DNA of 44,463 nt from Steroidobacteraceae bacterium (GTDB taxonomy: Bacteria > Pseudomonadota > Gammaproteobacteria > Steroidobacterales > Steroidobacteraceae). Shown in pieces: positions 9,115 to 18,447 of this stretch. The notes under the pieces are model-generated. The model saw only the letters and a program-made list of their open reading frames with translations. It was not told the origin of the DNA and searched no databases. The DNA lies in assembly GCA_035518135.1 (NCBI GenBank), contig DATIXW010000013.1, positions 1 through 44,463 on the forward strand, in the 5' to 3' direction. Positions within the stretch are counted from its first letter, which is position 1. Each line of letters starts with the position of its first letter. Position numbers and translations under genes: made by a program.

Positions 9115-11619
9115 GTGGCGGCCTGCTACGTGACCGCCGCCAGCTTTAAGCTCAAGTACGCCGCCAGTGCCTTCCTGGTGGTGCTGATTGCGGCTGCCGC
9201 GGTGATCGGTCTCTTCCTGACGCGCCACGGTGAGGACGCCCGCACGTTCGGCACGCTCGCCGAGGAAGCCGCCCGCGAGCGCGTGGCACCGGAGCTTTCC
9301 GCACGGGCACAGGCCATGGCCGCGCATGCGGCGGACTCGATCGCCGGGGCGGTGCGCGCCGGGGATGACAGTGGCGTCGTGCGCCGCCTGCAGCCCTTCA
9401 TGGACGATCCCACGGTCGCCTCGGTCCTGGTGCGGGGCAACACCGGACAGGTGCTGTTCCAGTGGCAGCGCAGCGACTCCGAAACCCGCGGCGCGCTCAG
9501 CACCACAGCGACCGCACCGGTGCGCACGTACGTCGAGAACATCCCCGGTGCCGCGACGCCCACCACGCTCGCGCAGCTGACGCTCGGCCTGGAGCAGGCC
9601 GCGCCGGTGTCCGCGGTGAGCGTCGGCGGGCGTCTCAAGGCGGCGAACGTCGCGCGGGCGCGCCTGACGTGGCAGCTGGGACTGTCGCTTGCGGGCCTGG
9701 GCGCGATCATCGCGGGCCTCCTCGCCTGGCGGGCGGTGGGCCAGCTGCAGCGCCCGGTGGGCGCGCTCATCCGCAGTGCCGAGCGCATCGGCCAAGGTGA
9801 TTACACGCGCCCGGTGGAAGTGCGCCGCGAGGATGCCCTGGGGGAGCTCGAGCAGGCACTCGAGCGCATGCGCGCCCGGCTGCGCCAGTCGACGATCAAC
9901 AAGAGCTACCTGCACAGCGTGCTCAACAGCATGACCGACGCGGTGTTCGTCACCTCCCCGGACGGGGTGATCAAGATCGCCAACGCCGCGGCGTGCAAGC
10001 TGCTCGGCTACAGCGAGGAGGAGCTGCTCGGCAAGGGCATCATGGCGGTCCTCGATGAGCGCGAGCGCGCCGATTTCGACCTGCTGCAGGCGGCGCAGGA
10101 GACCCGCGAGACGATCGTGCGCACGCGCAGCGGCCAGACCATCCCGGTGGCCCTCACCGGCTCGCGCATCGACAGTGACGATCCGCAGTTCCAGGGCAAC
10201 ATCTTCGTCGCGCGCAACATCACCGACCGCAAGCGCGCCGAGCGCCGCATCCGCTACCTGGCCCGCTACGACGCGCTCACCAAGATCCCGAACCGCATGC
10301 AGTTCCACCACCTGCTGCAGCAGACCATCGCCCGCAGCATGCGCAGCGGCCAGGTGGTCGCGGCGCTGTACCTGGACATGGATCGCTTCAAGGAGGTGAA
10401 TGATACCTTCGGTCATGGCGCCGGCGACCGCGTCCTCGAGGTGCTGGCCGAGCGCCTGACGCGCTCGCTGCCGAAGGAGACCGTGGTCGGGCGCCTCGCC
10501 GGCGATGAGTTCGCGATCTCCGTCGACGGCCTGCCGGCGGATGCCGACAACCGCGGGCCGATCGCCCAGCTGGCGCGCGCGCTGCTCACCGAGGTGAGCC
10601 GCCCGTTCCAGCTCAATCAGCACGAGGTGTTTCTCACCGCGAGCATCGGCATCGCCTTCTGCCCGCGCGATGCCGAGAACGTCATCGACCTGCTGCGCAA
10701 CGCCGATGCGGCGATGTACTACTCCAAGCAGAACGGCGGCAACACCTTCGCCTTCTATTCCCCGGAGATGAACGCCGCCGCGGTCGAGCGGCTGATGCTC
10801 AAGAGCAAGCTGCGCCGCGCGCTGGAGCGCGACGAGCTCGAGATCCGCTACCAGCCCAAGGTGGACCTGCGCAGCGGCCGCATCATCGGCGCCGAGGCGC
10901 TGCTGCGCTGGCGCCTGCCGGGCCATGGCGACATCCCGCCGGGACAGTTCATCCCGCTCGCCGAGGAAACCAATCTGATCCTGGACATCGGCGAGTGGGT
11001 GCTCAATCGCGTGTGTCTTGATTACCGCCAGATGCAGAGCCAGGGCGGCGATCCGGGGCGCATCTCCCTCAACCTCTCGCTCAAGCAGCTGCGCCAGGCA
11101 AGCTTCATCCTGCGCTGCCGCTCGGTGTTCCGCCGCCACCACGTTTCCCCGACGGCGTTCGAGCTCGAGATCACCGAGACCACCCTCATGGCCGATCCGC
11201 AGCGCACCGTGCGGCTGCTCGATGAGCTCTATGCCATGGGGCTGCACCTGTCGATCGATGACTTCGGCACCGGCTACTCCTCGCTGTCCGCGCTGCAGCA
11301 GTTCCCGATCGGCACGCTGAAGATCGATCAGTCCTTCGTACGCGATGCCACCGAGGATGCGAACGACGCCACCATCGTGCGCACCATCATCGAGATGGGC
11401 CGCAGCCTCGGCATCGAGGTCATCGCCGAGGGCGTCGAGTCGCAGGCGCAGCTGGAGTTCCTGCGCGACAACGGCTGCAACTACGGCCAGGGGCGGCTGT
11501 TCGGGGAGCCGTGCACCGCCGAGGAGCTGCTCGCGCTGCTGGCACACCAGGCCTCCGGCCCCGCCCCCTTTGCGCATCTGCTCGGGCATAGCGACGTGGC
11601 GGCCCCGCGCCTGGCCTGA
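9115..11619 (+). CDS. Membrane sensor HAMP-PAS-GGDEF-EAL protein (cyclic-di-GMP turnover)
   Basis: Two TM segments flank a periplasmic region. These are followed by HAMP (LQRPVGALIRSAERIGQGDYTRPVEV) and PAS (LHSVLNSMTDAVFVTSPDGVIKIANAAA). The GGDEF domain has the motif AGDEF (10498-10512). The EAL domain has EALLRW, DDFGTGYSSL, KIDQSFV and EGVES. Confidence 0.9.
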   Translation: MAACYVTAASFKLKYAASAFLVVLIAAAAVIGLFLTRHGEDARTFGTLAEEAARERVAPELSARAQAMAAHAADSIAGAVRAGDDSGVVRRLQPFMDDPTVASVLVRGNTGQVLFQWQRSDSETRGALSTTATAPVRTYVENIPGAATPTTLAQLTLGLEQAAPVSAVSVGGRLKAANVARARLTWQLGLSLAGLGAIIAGLLAWRAVGQLQRPVGALIRSAERIGQGDYTRPVEVRREDALGELEQALERMRARLRQSTINKSYLHSVLNSMTDAVFVTSPDGVIKIANAAACKLLGYSEEELLGKGIMAVLDERERADFDLLQAAQETRETIVRTRSGQTIPVALTGSRIDSDDPQFQGNIFVARNITDRKRAERRIRYLARYDALTKIPNRMQFHHLLQQTIARSMRSGQVVAALYLDMDRFKEVNDTFGHGAGDRVLEVLAERLTRSLPKETVVGRLAGDEFAISVDGLPADADNRGPIAQLARALLTEVSRPFQLNQHEVFLTASIGIAFCPRDAENVIDLLRNADAAMYYSKQNGGNTFAFYSPEMNAAAVERLMLKSKLRRALERDELEIRYQPKVDLRSGRIIGAEALLRWRLPGHGDIPPGQFIPLAEETNLILDIGEWVLNRVCLDYRQMQSQGGDPGRISLNLSLKQLRQASFILRCRSVFRRHHVSPTAFELEITETTLMADPQRTVRLLDELYAMGLHLSIDDFGTGYSSLSALQQFPIGTLKIDQSFVRDATEDANDATIVRTIIEMGRSLGIEVIAEGVESQAQLEFLRDNGCNYGQGRLFGEPCTAEELLALLAHQASGPAPFAHLLGHSDVAAPRLA

Positions 11620-11626
11620 AAGCGGT

Positions 11627-13519
11627 TTGCTTACCCTCGCCAACGCGCGTATCCGCCGCGGCCCTCAGGTGCTGCTCGATGAGGCCACCGTCACCGTGTT
11701 TCGCGGCGAGAAGGTCGGCATCGTCGGCCGCAACGGCTGCGGCAAGTCAACGCTGCTGGCGCTGATCCGCGGCGAGGTGACGCTCGATGCCGGCGAGTAC
11801 GGCGCGCCGCCGCGCCTGGCCATCGCCTCGGTGGCGCAGGACCTTCCCGATACCGACACCGCGCTCGTGGACTTCATCCTCGAGGGCGATGAGGAACTCG
11901 CCGCCGTCGTGGCCGAGCTGCGGCAGGCCGAGGCGGACGGTTCCGGCACGCGCGCCGCCGCCCTGCACGGGCGTTACGAGGCCCTCGATGGCTACACGGC
12001 GAGGAGCCGCGCCGCGCGGCTCGCCGCCGGGCTCGGGTTTGACGCCGCGGAGCTGTCGCGGCCGCTGCGCGAGTTCTCCGGCGGCCTGCGCATGCGCGCC
12101 AACCTCGCGCGTGCGCTGATGCGCCGCTCGGACCTGCTGCTGCTCGATGAGCCGACCAACCACCTGGACCTCGATGCGCTGCTGTGGCTCGAGGAGTGGC
12201 TGCGCGCCTACCGCGGCACGCTGCTGCTGGTGTCGCACGACCGCGAGTTCCTCGACCGCACGGTCATGCGCATCCTGCACCTCGAGGGCGGCCACCTGCA
12301 GGCCTACACCGGCAACTACAGCGACTTCGAGACCCAGCGCGCCGCGCACGCAGAGCGCTCGGCGGCACTGCTGGCCAAGCAGCGGCGCGAGGCTGCGCAC
12401 ATCGAGAGCTTCGTCGCGCGCTTTCGCGCGCAGGCGAGCAAGGCGCGCCAGGTGCAAAGCCGACTCAAGTGGCTCGCGCGACTCGGCGAGATCGCCGAAA
12501 CGCACACCGAGTCGCACTTCGAGTGGGAATTCACCGCGCCGCGCAAGCTGCCGCGCCCGCTCGTGACGCTCGAGAAGGCGACCGCCGGTTACGGCGACCA
12601 CCAGGTGCTGCGCGGTATCTCCCTGAGCGTGAACCCGGGTGAGCGGCTGGGCGTGCTCGGCCGCAACGGCGCCGGCAAGTCCACGCTCATGCGCCTGGTG
12701 GCGGGGGAGCTGGCGCCCCAGGGCGGCACGCGCACGCCCTCGCCGGAGCTGGCCGTCGGCTTCTTTGCACAGCTCGAGCTCGAGCAGCTCGACGGCGGGG
12801 GCTCGCCACTGAGTGAACTCGGGCGCCGCGGCGGAGCGGAGGTCGCCGCATGGACGCCGCAGCAGCGGCGCGAGCACCTGGGCCGCTTCGGCTTTGGCGG
12901 ACAGCGCGTTTTCGAGCCCACCCTCAATTTCTCCGGCGGGGAGCGCTCGCGGCTGGCGCTCGCGATCCTGGTGGCGCGCCGCCCCAACCTGCTGCTGCTC
13001 GATGAGCCGACCAACCACTTGGACCTCTCGCTGCGGCATACGTTGCTGCTGGCACTGCAGGAGTTTCCCGGGGCGGTCATCGTCGTCTCGCACGATCGTG
13101 CGCTGCTGCGCGGCGCCTGCGATCGCTTCGTCCTCGTCGCCGACGGGGCGCTCACGCCCTTTCCGGGGGACCTGGAGGACTATGCCGCGTGGCTGCGCGC
13201 CAGCAGCGCCCCGGCAGCGGAAACTGTCGCCCTGAAGGGCGCCTCCCGCCGCGAGCAGCGGCGCCAGGAGGCCGAGACACGCGCGCGCCGCAGTCCGCTC
13301 ACGAGCGAGCAGCAGCAGCTCGAGCAGCGCCTCGCGGCGCTCGCGCGCGAGCGGGCCGGGGTCGAAGCGCGGCTGGCCGACCCCGCGACCTACGCCGAGC
13401 TCGCCCCCGCCGAGCAGCAGCAGCTGGCGCACGAGCACGCACAGCTCGGGGCGCAGATCGCCGTGCTCGAGGAGCGCTGGCTGGCGGTGACGGCGGCGCT
13501 CGAGGAGCGCGCGGGGTGA
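11627..13519 (+). CDS. ABC-F family ATPase (YheS/Uup-like; two ABC cassettes, no TM domain)
   Basis: An in-frame TTG at 11627 gives (M)LTLANARIRRGPQVLLDEATVTVFRGEKVGIVGRNGCGKSTLL. There are two Walker A sites (GRNGCGKS, GRNGAGKS) and two signature motifs (FSGGLRMR, FSGGERSR). The C-terminus is a coiled-coil tail. The 5' part of track ORF 11345..13519 overlaps the preceding gene and was rejected. Confidence 0.85.
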   Translation: MLTLANARIRRGPQVLLDEATVTVFRGEKVGIVGRNGCGKSTLLALIRGEVTLDAGEYGAPPRLAIASVAQDLPDTDTALVDFILEGDEELAAVVAELRQAEADGSGTRAAALHGRYEALDGYTARSRAARLAAGLGFDAAELSRPLREFSGGLRMRANLARALMRRSDLLLLDEPTNHLDLDALLWLEEWLRAYRGTLLLVSHDREFLDRTVMRILHLEGGHLQAYTGNYSDFETQRAAHAERSAALLAKQRREAAHIESFVARFRAQASKARQVQSRLKWLARLGEIAETHTESHFEWEFTAPRKLPRPLVTLEKATAGYGDHQVLRGISLSVNPGERLGVLGRNGAGKSTLMRLVAGELAPQGGTRTPSPELAVGFFAQLELEQLDGGGSPLSELGRRGGAEVAAWTPQQRREHLGRFGFGGQRVFEPTLNFSGGERSRLALAILVARRPNLLLLDEPTNHLDLSLRHTLLLALQEFPGAVIVVSHDRALLRGACDRFVLVADGALTPFPGDLEDYAAWLRASSAPAAETVALKGASRREQRRQEAETRARRSPLTSEQQQLEQRLAALARERAGVEARLADPATYAELAPAEQQQLAHEHAQLGAQIAVLEERWLAVTAALEERAG

Positions 13520-14961
13520 AGCTGCGCTGGGGGCGCGCGCTTGCCATCGCAGCCGGTGCGGCCTTCATCGCCATGGCGGCATGGCAGACGCACAAGCCGC
13601 TGCCGCCCGGGATGCACGTCGCCTCCCCGGTATGCACGGTGGGGGCCGCCGATGTGGCGCTCGCCGTGGACCTCACCGCCGCCGACGCCTACGGCCGCGC
13701 CATCATCCGGCAGGGGGTGTTCGATGAGGTGCTGCGCATCGTGCGCGACGCGCGCCGCCTGGTGGTGCTCGACTACGAGCTGCTCGGCAGCGGCGGGGGC
13801 GCGGCCCCGCAGCGGCGCCTCGCCGCCGAGCTCACCGATGCGCTGCTCGCGCAGCGGCACGCGCACCCGCAGCTGCGCGTGCTGCTGATCACCGACCCGG
13901 TGAACGAGCGCTACGGCACCCTCCCGGCCGCGCAGCTGCAGCTGCTGCGCGCGGCGGGCGTCGAGGTGGTGCTGACCCGGCTGGATGCACTGCGCGACCC
14001 GAACTTCCTGTACTCCAGTGCATGGCGGCTGACGCTGCACTGGTGGGGCGGACCACCGGGCGCCGCCGGAGCGCTGGCGCGGGAGCTGAACTTCAAGGCC
14101 GATCACCGCAAGGTGCTCGTCGCCGACGACGGCGCGAACGGCCTGACCGCACTGGTCGGCTCCGCCAATCCCTTCGATGCACAGAGCGCCTGGTCAAACC
14201 TCGCCGTGCGTTTCTCCGGTGGCGCCGTGCGCACGCTGCTCGCAAGCGAGCTGGCCATCGCGCGCTTCTCGGGCTGGCGCGGCAAGGCGCAGTCGCTGGT
14301 GCCGGCCGCCAATGCACCCAGCGCCTGCGATGCGCAGGCGCCGCCCGCCCTCACCCCCGCCAGCGCCCGGGTGCAGCTGCTCACCGAGGGGGCCATCCGG
14401 CGCGAGCTGCTCGAGCAGCTGGGCGCGGCCGCGCCAGGCGACAGCGTCGCCATCGCCATGTTCAAGCTTGCCGACCGCGGTGTCATCGAGGCGCTGCTCG
14501 AGGCCGCGCGCCGTGGGGTGCACGTGCGCCTGCTACTTGACCCGAGCGAGGATGCCACGACGCTCACGCCCACCGGACTGCCCAACCAGCCGCTCGCGAG
14601 CGAGCTGGTCGCGCGCAGCAGCGGGGCGGTCAAGGTGCGCTGGTACCGCACCCACGGGGAGCGCTTCCACAGCGCGCTCGTGCTGCTTTACGGCGGCGAG
14701 CGTCTGTGGCTGATGGCCGGCTCGGCCAACTTCACGCGCCGCAGCCTCGATGACTACAACCTCGACGCCGACGTGGCGATCACGCTGAGCGGGGAGGCCC
14801 CGCTCGCGCAGCAGGCGCGCGAGTACTTCGACACGCTGTGGGGCAACGAGGCGGCGCTCGGGATCGAATACACCGCCGACTTCGCCGCCTTCGCCAATCC
14901 CTCCCAGGCGGATTACTGGCTGTGCCGGTTGCTCGAGGGCGCCGGCGCCGCACCGTTCTGA
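13516..14961 (+). CDS. Phospholipase D-superfamily protein with N-terminal TM anchor
   Basis: GTG 13516 overlaps the ABC-F stop (GTGA). N-terminal TM is ALAIAAGAAFIAMAAW. The first HKD is intact: HRKVLVADD..GSANPFD (H at 14104-14106). The second is HSALVLL..GSANFTRRS (H at 14668-14670, Ala at 14674-14676 where Lys is expected). Confidence 0.75.
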   Translation: MKLRWGRALAIAAGAAFIAMAAWQTHKPLPPGMHVASPVCTVGAADVALAVDLTAADAYGRAIIRQGVFDEVLRIVRDARRLVVLDYELLGSGGGAAPQRRLAAELTDALLAQRHAHPQLRVLLITDPVNERYGTLPAAQLQLLRAAGVEVVLTRLDALRDPNFLYSSAWRLTLHWWGGPPGAAGALARELNFKADHRKVLVADDGANGLTALVGSANPFDAQSAWSNLAVRFSGGAVRTLLASELAIARFSGWRGKAQSLVPAANAPSACDAQAPPALTPASARVQLLTEGAIRRELLEQLGAAAPGDSVAIAMFKLADRGVIEALLEAARRGVHVRLLLDPSEDATTLTPTGLPNQPLASELVARSSGAVKVRWYRTHGERFHSALVLLYGGERLWLMAGSANFTRRSLDDYNLDADVAITLSGEAPLAQQAREYFDTLWGNEAALGIEYTADFAAFANPSQADYWLCRLLEGAGAAPF

Positions 14962-15611
14962 GCGGCGCGCTCGGCGGCGGCGCGCACCGCCGCGCGTGAC
15001 TGCTGCGCCAGTTGCTGCAGCGCCGTGTCGCTGGCCTGTTCAAAGGCCGCGACCACCTCGCCCAGGCGGTTGGCGGCGGCCGTGGCGCTGCCGGCCACGA
15101 CGAAGGTGCTCAGCACCTCGCGGCCCTCGCGACGCCCGATGCTGCAATCAAACACCACCTGCACCACGGGGGCCGCCGAGCCGCCCGGCGCATCGCTGTA
15201 GTCGGCGTCGAAGCGCCGCACGATGATCTGCAGCAGGTAGTCGGAAGGGAACGGGCTCGCCGGATCCTCCACCGAGGCCCAGTTGCCCGAAGCGCGCAGT
15301 GTCTGCACCGCCAGCGAGCCGACCAGGTCCGGCATCGCTCCGGGCCAGCGCGCCCCGGTATAGAAGCTCATGCGGTGATCGCTCTGCAGCAGCATGATGT
15401 GCGCGGTGTCGAGCCCGGGGTCGGCGAGGGGGTGCGCCACGCGCAGCGAGGGAGCTTCGGCCGCAGCGTCCGCTGCCACCGTGCCGGCCGGCACCGCCGG
15501 GGCGCGCAGGTAATAGGTCTGCTCGGGCTTGGCGTTACTCTGCAGCAGGCCGGAGCAGCCCCCGAGCATGCCCGGCAGCAGCGCGAGCACCGCCGCCCAG
15601 CGGTGCCTCAC
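14913..15611 (-). CDS. ABC-transport auxiliary lipoprotein (PqiC/YmbA-like, DUF330-type)
   Basis: Lipobox MRHRWAAVLALLPGMLGGC is present. It sits last in the MCE operon, and its start overlaps the MCE gene stop by 4 nt. Confidence 0.7.
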   Translation of the reverse strand: MRHRWAAVLALLPGMLGGCSGLLQSNAKPEQTYYLRAPAVPAGTVAADAAAEAPSLRVAHPLADPGLDTAHIMLLQSDHRMSFYTGARWPGAMPDLVGSLAVQTLRASGNWASVEDPASPFPSDYLLQIIVRRFDADYSDAPGGSAAPVVQVVFDCSIGRREGREVLSTFVVAGSATAAANRLGEVVAAFEQASDTALQQLAQQSRAAVRAAAERAAQNGAAPAPSSNRHSQ

Positions 15612-16543
15612 TTGGGGATCTCCACGCCACGTGCCTGCGGCTCGTACAGCAGCTGCGCCGGATTCTCGCGCAGGCTGTTCGAGAGCGCGCGGATGTCCGC
15701 GGCGGCCGCGCGGCCCTCGCGCACGAAGCGCTCGATCTCCGGCAGCCCGTCGCGCGTGAACGCACGGATGTCCTGGCGGTTCTCCGCCAGCATATGGTCG
15801 AGCTCGCTGCTCGCAGAGGCGAGATGATCGGCAACCTGGCGCAGCCGCTGCGTCGCCTGCTCCACGTCCGGGCGCGCCGCCTCGATCGTCCCGCGCGCCG
15901 TGTGCGCCGCATCGGTGAGCTGCGCGGTGGCGCCGCGCAGCTCGGTGACGAGCGCGTTCAGGTTCTGGGAGATCTTGGGCAGCCCGCGGCTGGCCGCATC
16001 GAGGTTGGCGAGCGCGCTGCTGACGGAGTTCAGGTTCTTGTCGTCAAAGAGCCGCTGGGCGCGATCCACCACATGGTTGGCACCGGCCAGCAGCTCCGGC
16101 AGGCTGGAGAGAAACACATCGAAGCTCGAGGGGGCCGAGCGGATGACCGGGTACTTAATGCCCCTGACGGGGGGCGCCGTGCGCCTGTTTTCACGGTCCT
16201 CCATGAGGTCGATGTAAAGAAGTCCGGTCACGCCCTGAAGCTGCAGCTGCGCAACCGTGTGCGCGGAGACCGGGGTCGTCGTGTCGATGTCGACCACCAC
16301 CTGCACGCGGCCGGAGTCGCGCGGGTCGACGCGGATATTCTGCACGCGTCCCACCCCGACGCCGAGGTAGCGCACCGCGGCACCCTTATCGAGGCCGCTG
16401 ACGCTGCCGGTGAAGTAGATCTCGTAGCGGTCGTAGTCCTTGTGGTCGCGGCTGTCGGAATACCAATAGACGAACACCGCGGCCGCGAGGCCGATGAGCA
16501 GCACGAACGCCCCCACCGCGGCGTAGTTGGCGTCACGCTCCAT
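15608..16543 (-). CDS. MCE/MlaD-family substrate-binding protein
   Basis: MERDANYAAVGAFVLLIGLAAAVFVYWY..YFTGSVSGLDKGAAVRYLGVGVGRVQNIRVDP is a TM anchor plus MCE domain. A long helical C-terminal part follows. Confidence 0.85.
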   Translation of the reverse strand: MERDANYAAVGAFVLLIGLAAAVFVYWYSDSRDHKDYDRYEIYFTGSVSGLDKGAAVRYLGVGVGRVQNIRVDPRDSGRVQVVVDIDTTTPVSAHTVAQLQLQGVTGLLYIDLMEDRENRRTAPPVRGIKYPVIRSAPSSFDVFLSSLPELLAGANHVVDRAQRLFDDKNLNSVSSALANLDAASRGLPKISQNLNALVTELRGATAQLTDAAHTARGTIEAARPDVEQATQRLRQVADHLASASSELDHMLAENRQDIRAFTRDGLPEIERFVREGRAAAADIRALSNSLRENPAQLLYEPQARGVEIPK

Positions 16544-17300
16544 GTGACACCCCCAGGCGTGCGCGGGCGCGCTCGCCGTGGAAGTACTCCTGGATCCACG
16601 GGTTGGGGTTCTCGACGATGCCTTCCAGGGTGTCGGAAATCATGCGGTGGTCCACGATCACCCCGACACGATTGCAGGTACGGAAGATGCTGTCCAGATC
16701 GTGGGTGATCATGACGATCGTGAGCTTCAGCTCCTTCTGCAGATAGAGCACCAGCTCATCAAAAGCCGCCGCGCCGATCGGGTCCAGCCCCGAGGTCGGC
16801 TCATCGAGGAACAGCAGGCTCGGATCGAGCGCCAGCGCCCGCGCCAGGGCCACCCGCTTCACCATGCCGCCGGAGAGCTCGGCGGGGTACTTGGCGCCGG
16901 CCTCGGCGGGCAGCCCGACCAGGCGGATCTTCAGCAGCGCCAGCTCATCGAGCGCGTGCGTATCGAGGTGCAGGTACTCGACCATCGGCAGCTGCACGTT
17001 CTCCTTCACCGTCAGCGCCGAGTACAGCGCCCCCGACTGAAAGCTCACCCCGTAGCGCGACTTCACATACCGCAGCTGCGCCTCCGACATCTGGGTGATG
17101 TCCTGCCCGTGGATGCGCACCACGCCCGCCTGCGGGCGCTGCAGCCCGAGGATGGTACGCAGCAGCACCGACTTGCCGGTGCCCGAGCCGCCGACGATGC
17201 CGAAGACCTCATCGCCGTAGACGGCCATGTCCAGGCCGTCGTGTACCACCTGCGTGCCGAAGCGGTTGACCAGGCCGGATACTTCCACGACCGGGTACAT
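16533..17300 (-). CDS. ABC transporter ATP-binding protein (MlaF-like)
   Basis: Contains Walker A GGSGTGKS, signature LSGGMVKRVALARAL and Walker B LLFLDEPTSGLD. Confidence 0.9.
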   Translation of the reverse strand: MYPVVEVSGLVNRFGTQVVHDGLDMAVYGDEVFGIVGGSGTGKSVLLRTILGLQRPQAGVVRIHGQDITQMSEAQLRYVKSRYGVSFQSGALYSALTVKENVQLPMVEYLHLDTHALDELALLKIRLVGLPAEAGAKYPAELSGGMVKRVALARALALDPSLLFLDEPTSGLDPIGAAAFDELVLYLQKELKLTIVMITHDLDSIFRTCNRVGVIVDHRMISDTLEGIVENPNPWIQEYFHGERARARLGVSHGA

Positions 17301-18436
17301 CAGATGTTCATCTCCATGAACAGCACCGCAAACAGCGCATCCGCCAGGATCACGAAGAAGATCGACTCCACCACCGCCACCGTGACCAGCCGTCCAAGCT
17401 CCCGTGCGGAGTCGCGCACCTGCAGGCCGCGGTAGCAGCCGGCCGCGGCGATCAGCAGCGCAAACACCGGTGCCTTGACCAGGCCCACCCAGAAGGTGGT
17501 GTCACCGATGGCATCGTTGACCCGTCCCAGGTACTGGCTGAAGGGCATGTCGAGCAGGAAGCGGCACAGGAAGGCGCCGCCGGCGATGCCAACGATGTCG
17601 GAGACCACCGTGAGCAGCGGCAGCGCGATGCTCAGGCCCACCACGCGCGGCACCACCAGCACCTCAAAGGGGTCCACGCCCGTGGCGATCAGGGCATCGA
17701 CCTCCTGGTTGAGCTTCATCGAGCCGAGCTCCGCGGCGAAGGCACTGCCGGAGCGACCGGCAACGATAATCGCCGTGAGCAGCACCCCCAGCTCGCGCAG
17801 CACGCCGATGGTGACCAGGTCGACGACGTAGATGTCCGCGCCCAGACCACTTAGCTGCCGGGCGCTCATGTAGGCGATGATGACGCTGATCAGGAACGCG
17901 ATGAGCGCGACGATCGGCAGCGCGGTGATGCCGGTCTCGTACACGTGCCGCGCGATCGAGATGGGCCGCAGGTGGCGCGGCCGCAGCAAGGCCGCGGCGC
18001 CGGTCGTGAACGTGCGGCCCAGAAAGGCGAGTCCCTCGCGCCAGTTGCCGCCGGTGCGCTCGGCCTGACGGCCGACCCGCGCCAGCAGCCGCACGAGCGG
18101 CCCATGCTCGGGCGCCGGCGGCCGCGGCGGGGATGCCTCGATCCCCTTCTGCGCCTGCTGCAGCGTCTCATCGAGCAGGCGCAGCTGCACGGGCGCGTCG
18201 CCCTTGAAGCTGACCTCGGAGCCCACCGAGCGTGCGCGGGCGATGAACTGGTGCAGCGCCCAGGCGCCGGAGAGGTCCAGCGTGCTCAGCGGCTGGGCGT
18301 CGATGCGCACCTGGCGCGCGCGGCTTAAGTCGATCGCGTCGAGCTGGGCCTCCAGAGCGGCGAACTGGCGGCAGCTCCAGTCCCCGGTGAGCGTGAGCTC
18401 CAGTCCGTCGGCGGTTTGCTGGACGTCGGCGGCCAT
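17300..18436 (-). CDS. MlaE-family ABC permease with N-terminal STAS-like domain
   Basis: From the ATG at 18436 the protein begins MAADVQQTADGLELTLTGDWSCRQFAALEAQLDAI.. (STAS/MlaB-like). A polytopic MlaE-type permease follows (..ELGVLLTAIIVAGRSGSAFAAELGSMKLNQEVDAL..). The upstream part of track ORF 17300..18541 is Arg-rich and was rejected. Confidence 0.85.
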   Translation of the reverse strand: MAADVQQTADGLELTLTGDWSCRQFAALEAQLDAIDLSRARQVRIDAQPLSTLDLSGAWALHQFIARARSVGSEVSFKGDAPVQLRLLDETLQQAQKGIEASPPRPPAPEHGPLVRLLARVGRQAERTGGNWREGLAFLGRTFTTGAAALLRPRHLRPISIARHVYETGITALPIVALIAFLISVIIAYMSARQLSGLGADIYVVDLVTIGVLRELGVLLTAIIVAGRSGSAFAAELGSMKLNQEVDALIATGVDPFEVLVVPRVVGLSIALPLLTVVSDIVGIAGGAFLCRFLLDMPFSQYLGRVNDAIGDTTFWVGLVKAPVFALLIAAAGCYRGLQVRDSARELGRLVTVAVVESIFFVILADALFAVLFMEMNI

Positions 18437-18447
18437 GTACGGTGCGG

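Noticed and set aside
9073-11643. Very long antisense or out-of-frame ORFs. Examples are 9073..11643(-), 748..1497(-), 1754..3100(-), 4466..6115(-), 11747..13438(-), 25326..27491(-), 33685..35694(-), 43136..44371(-), 19550..21736(+), 4450..5817(+) and 43120..44244(+).
   Set aside because: Their translations are dominated by Arg, Ala, Gly and Pro with no recognisable motifs. Each lies opposite or out of frame to a gene with clear family signatures. This is the expected stop-codon-poor shadow-ORF effect in roughly 70% GC DNA.
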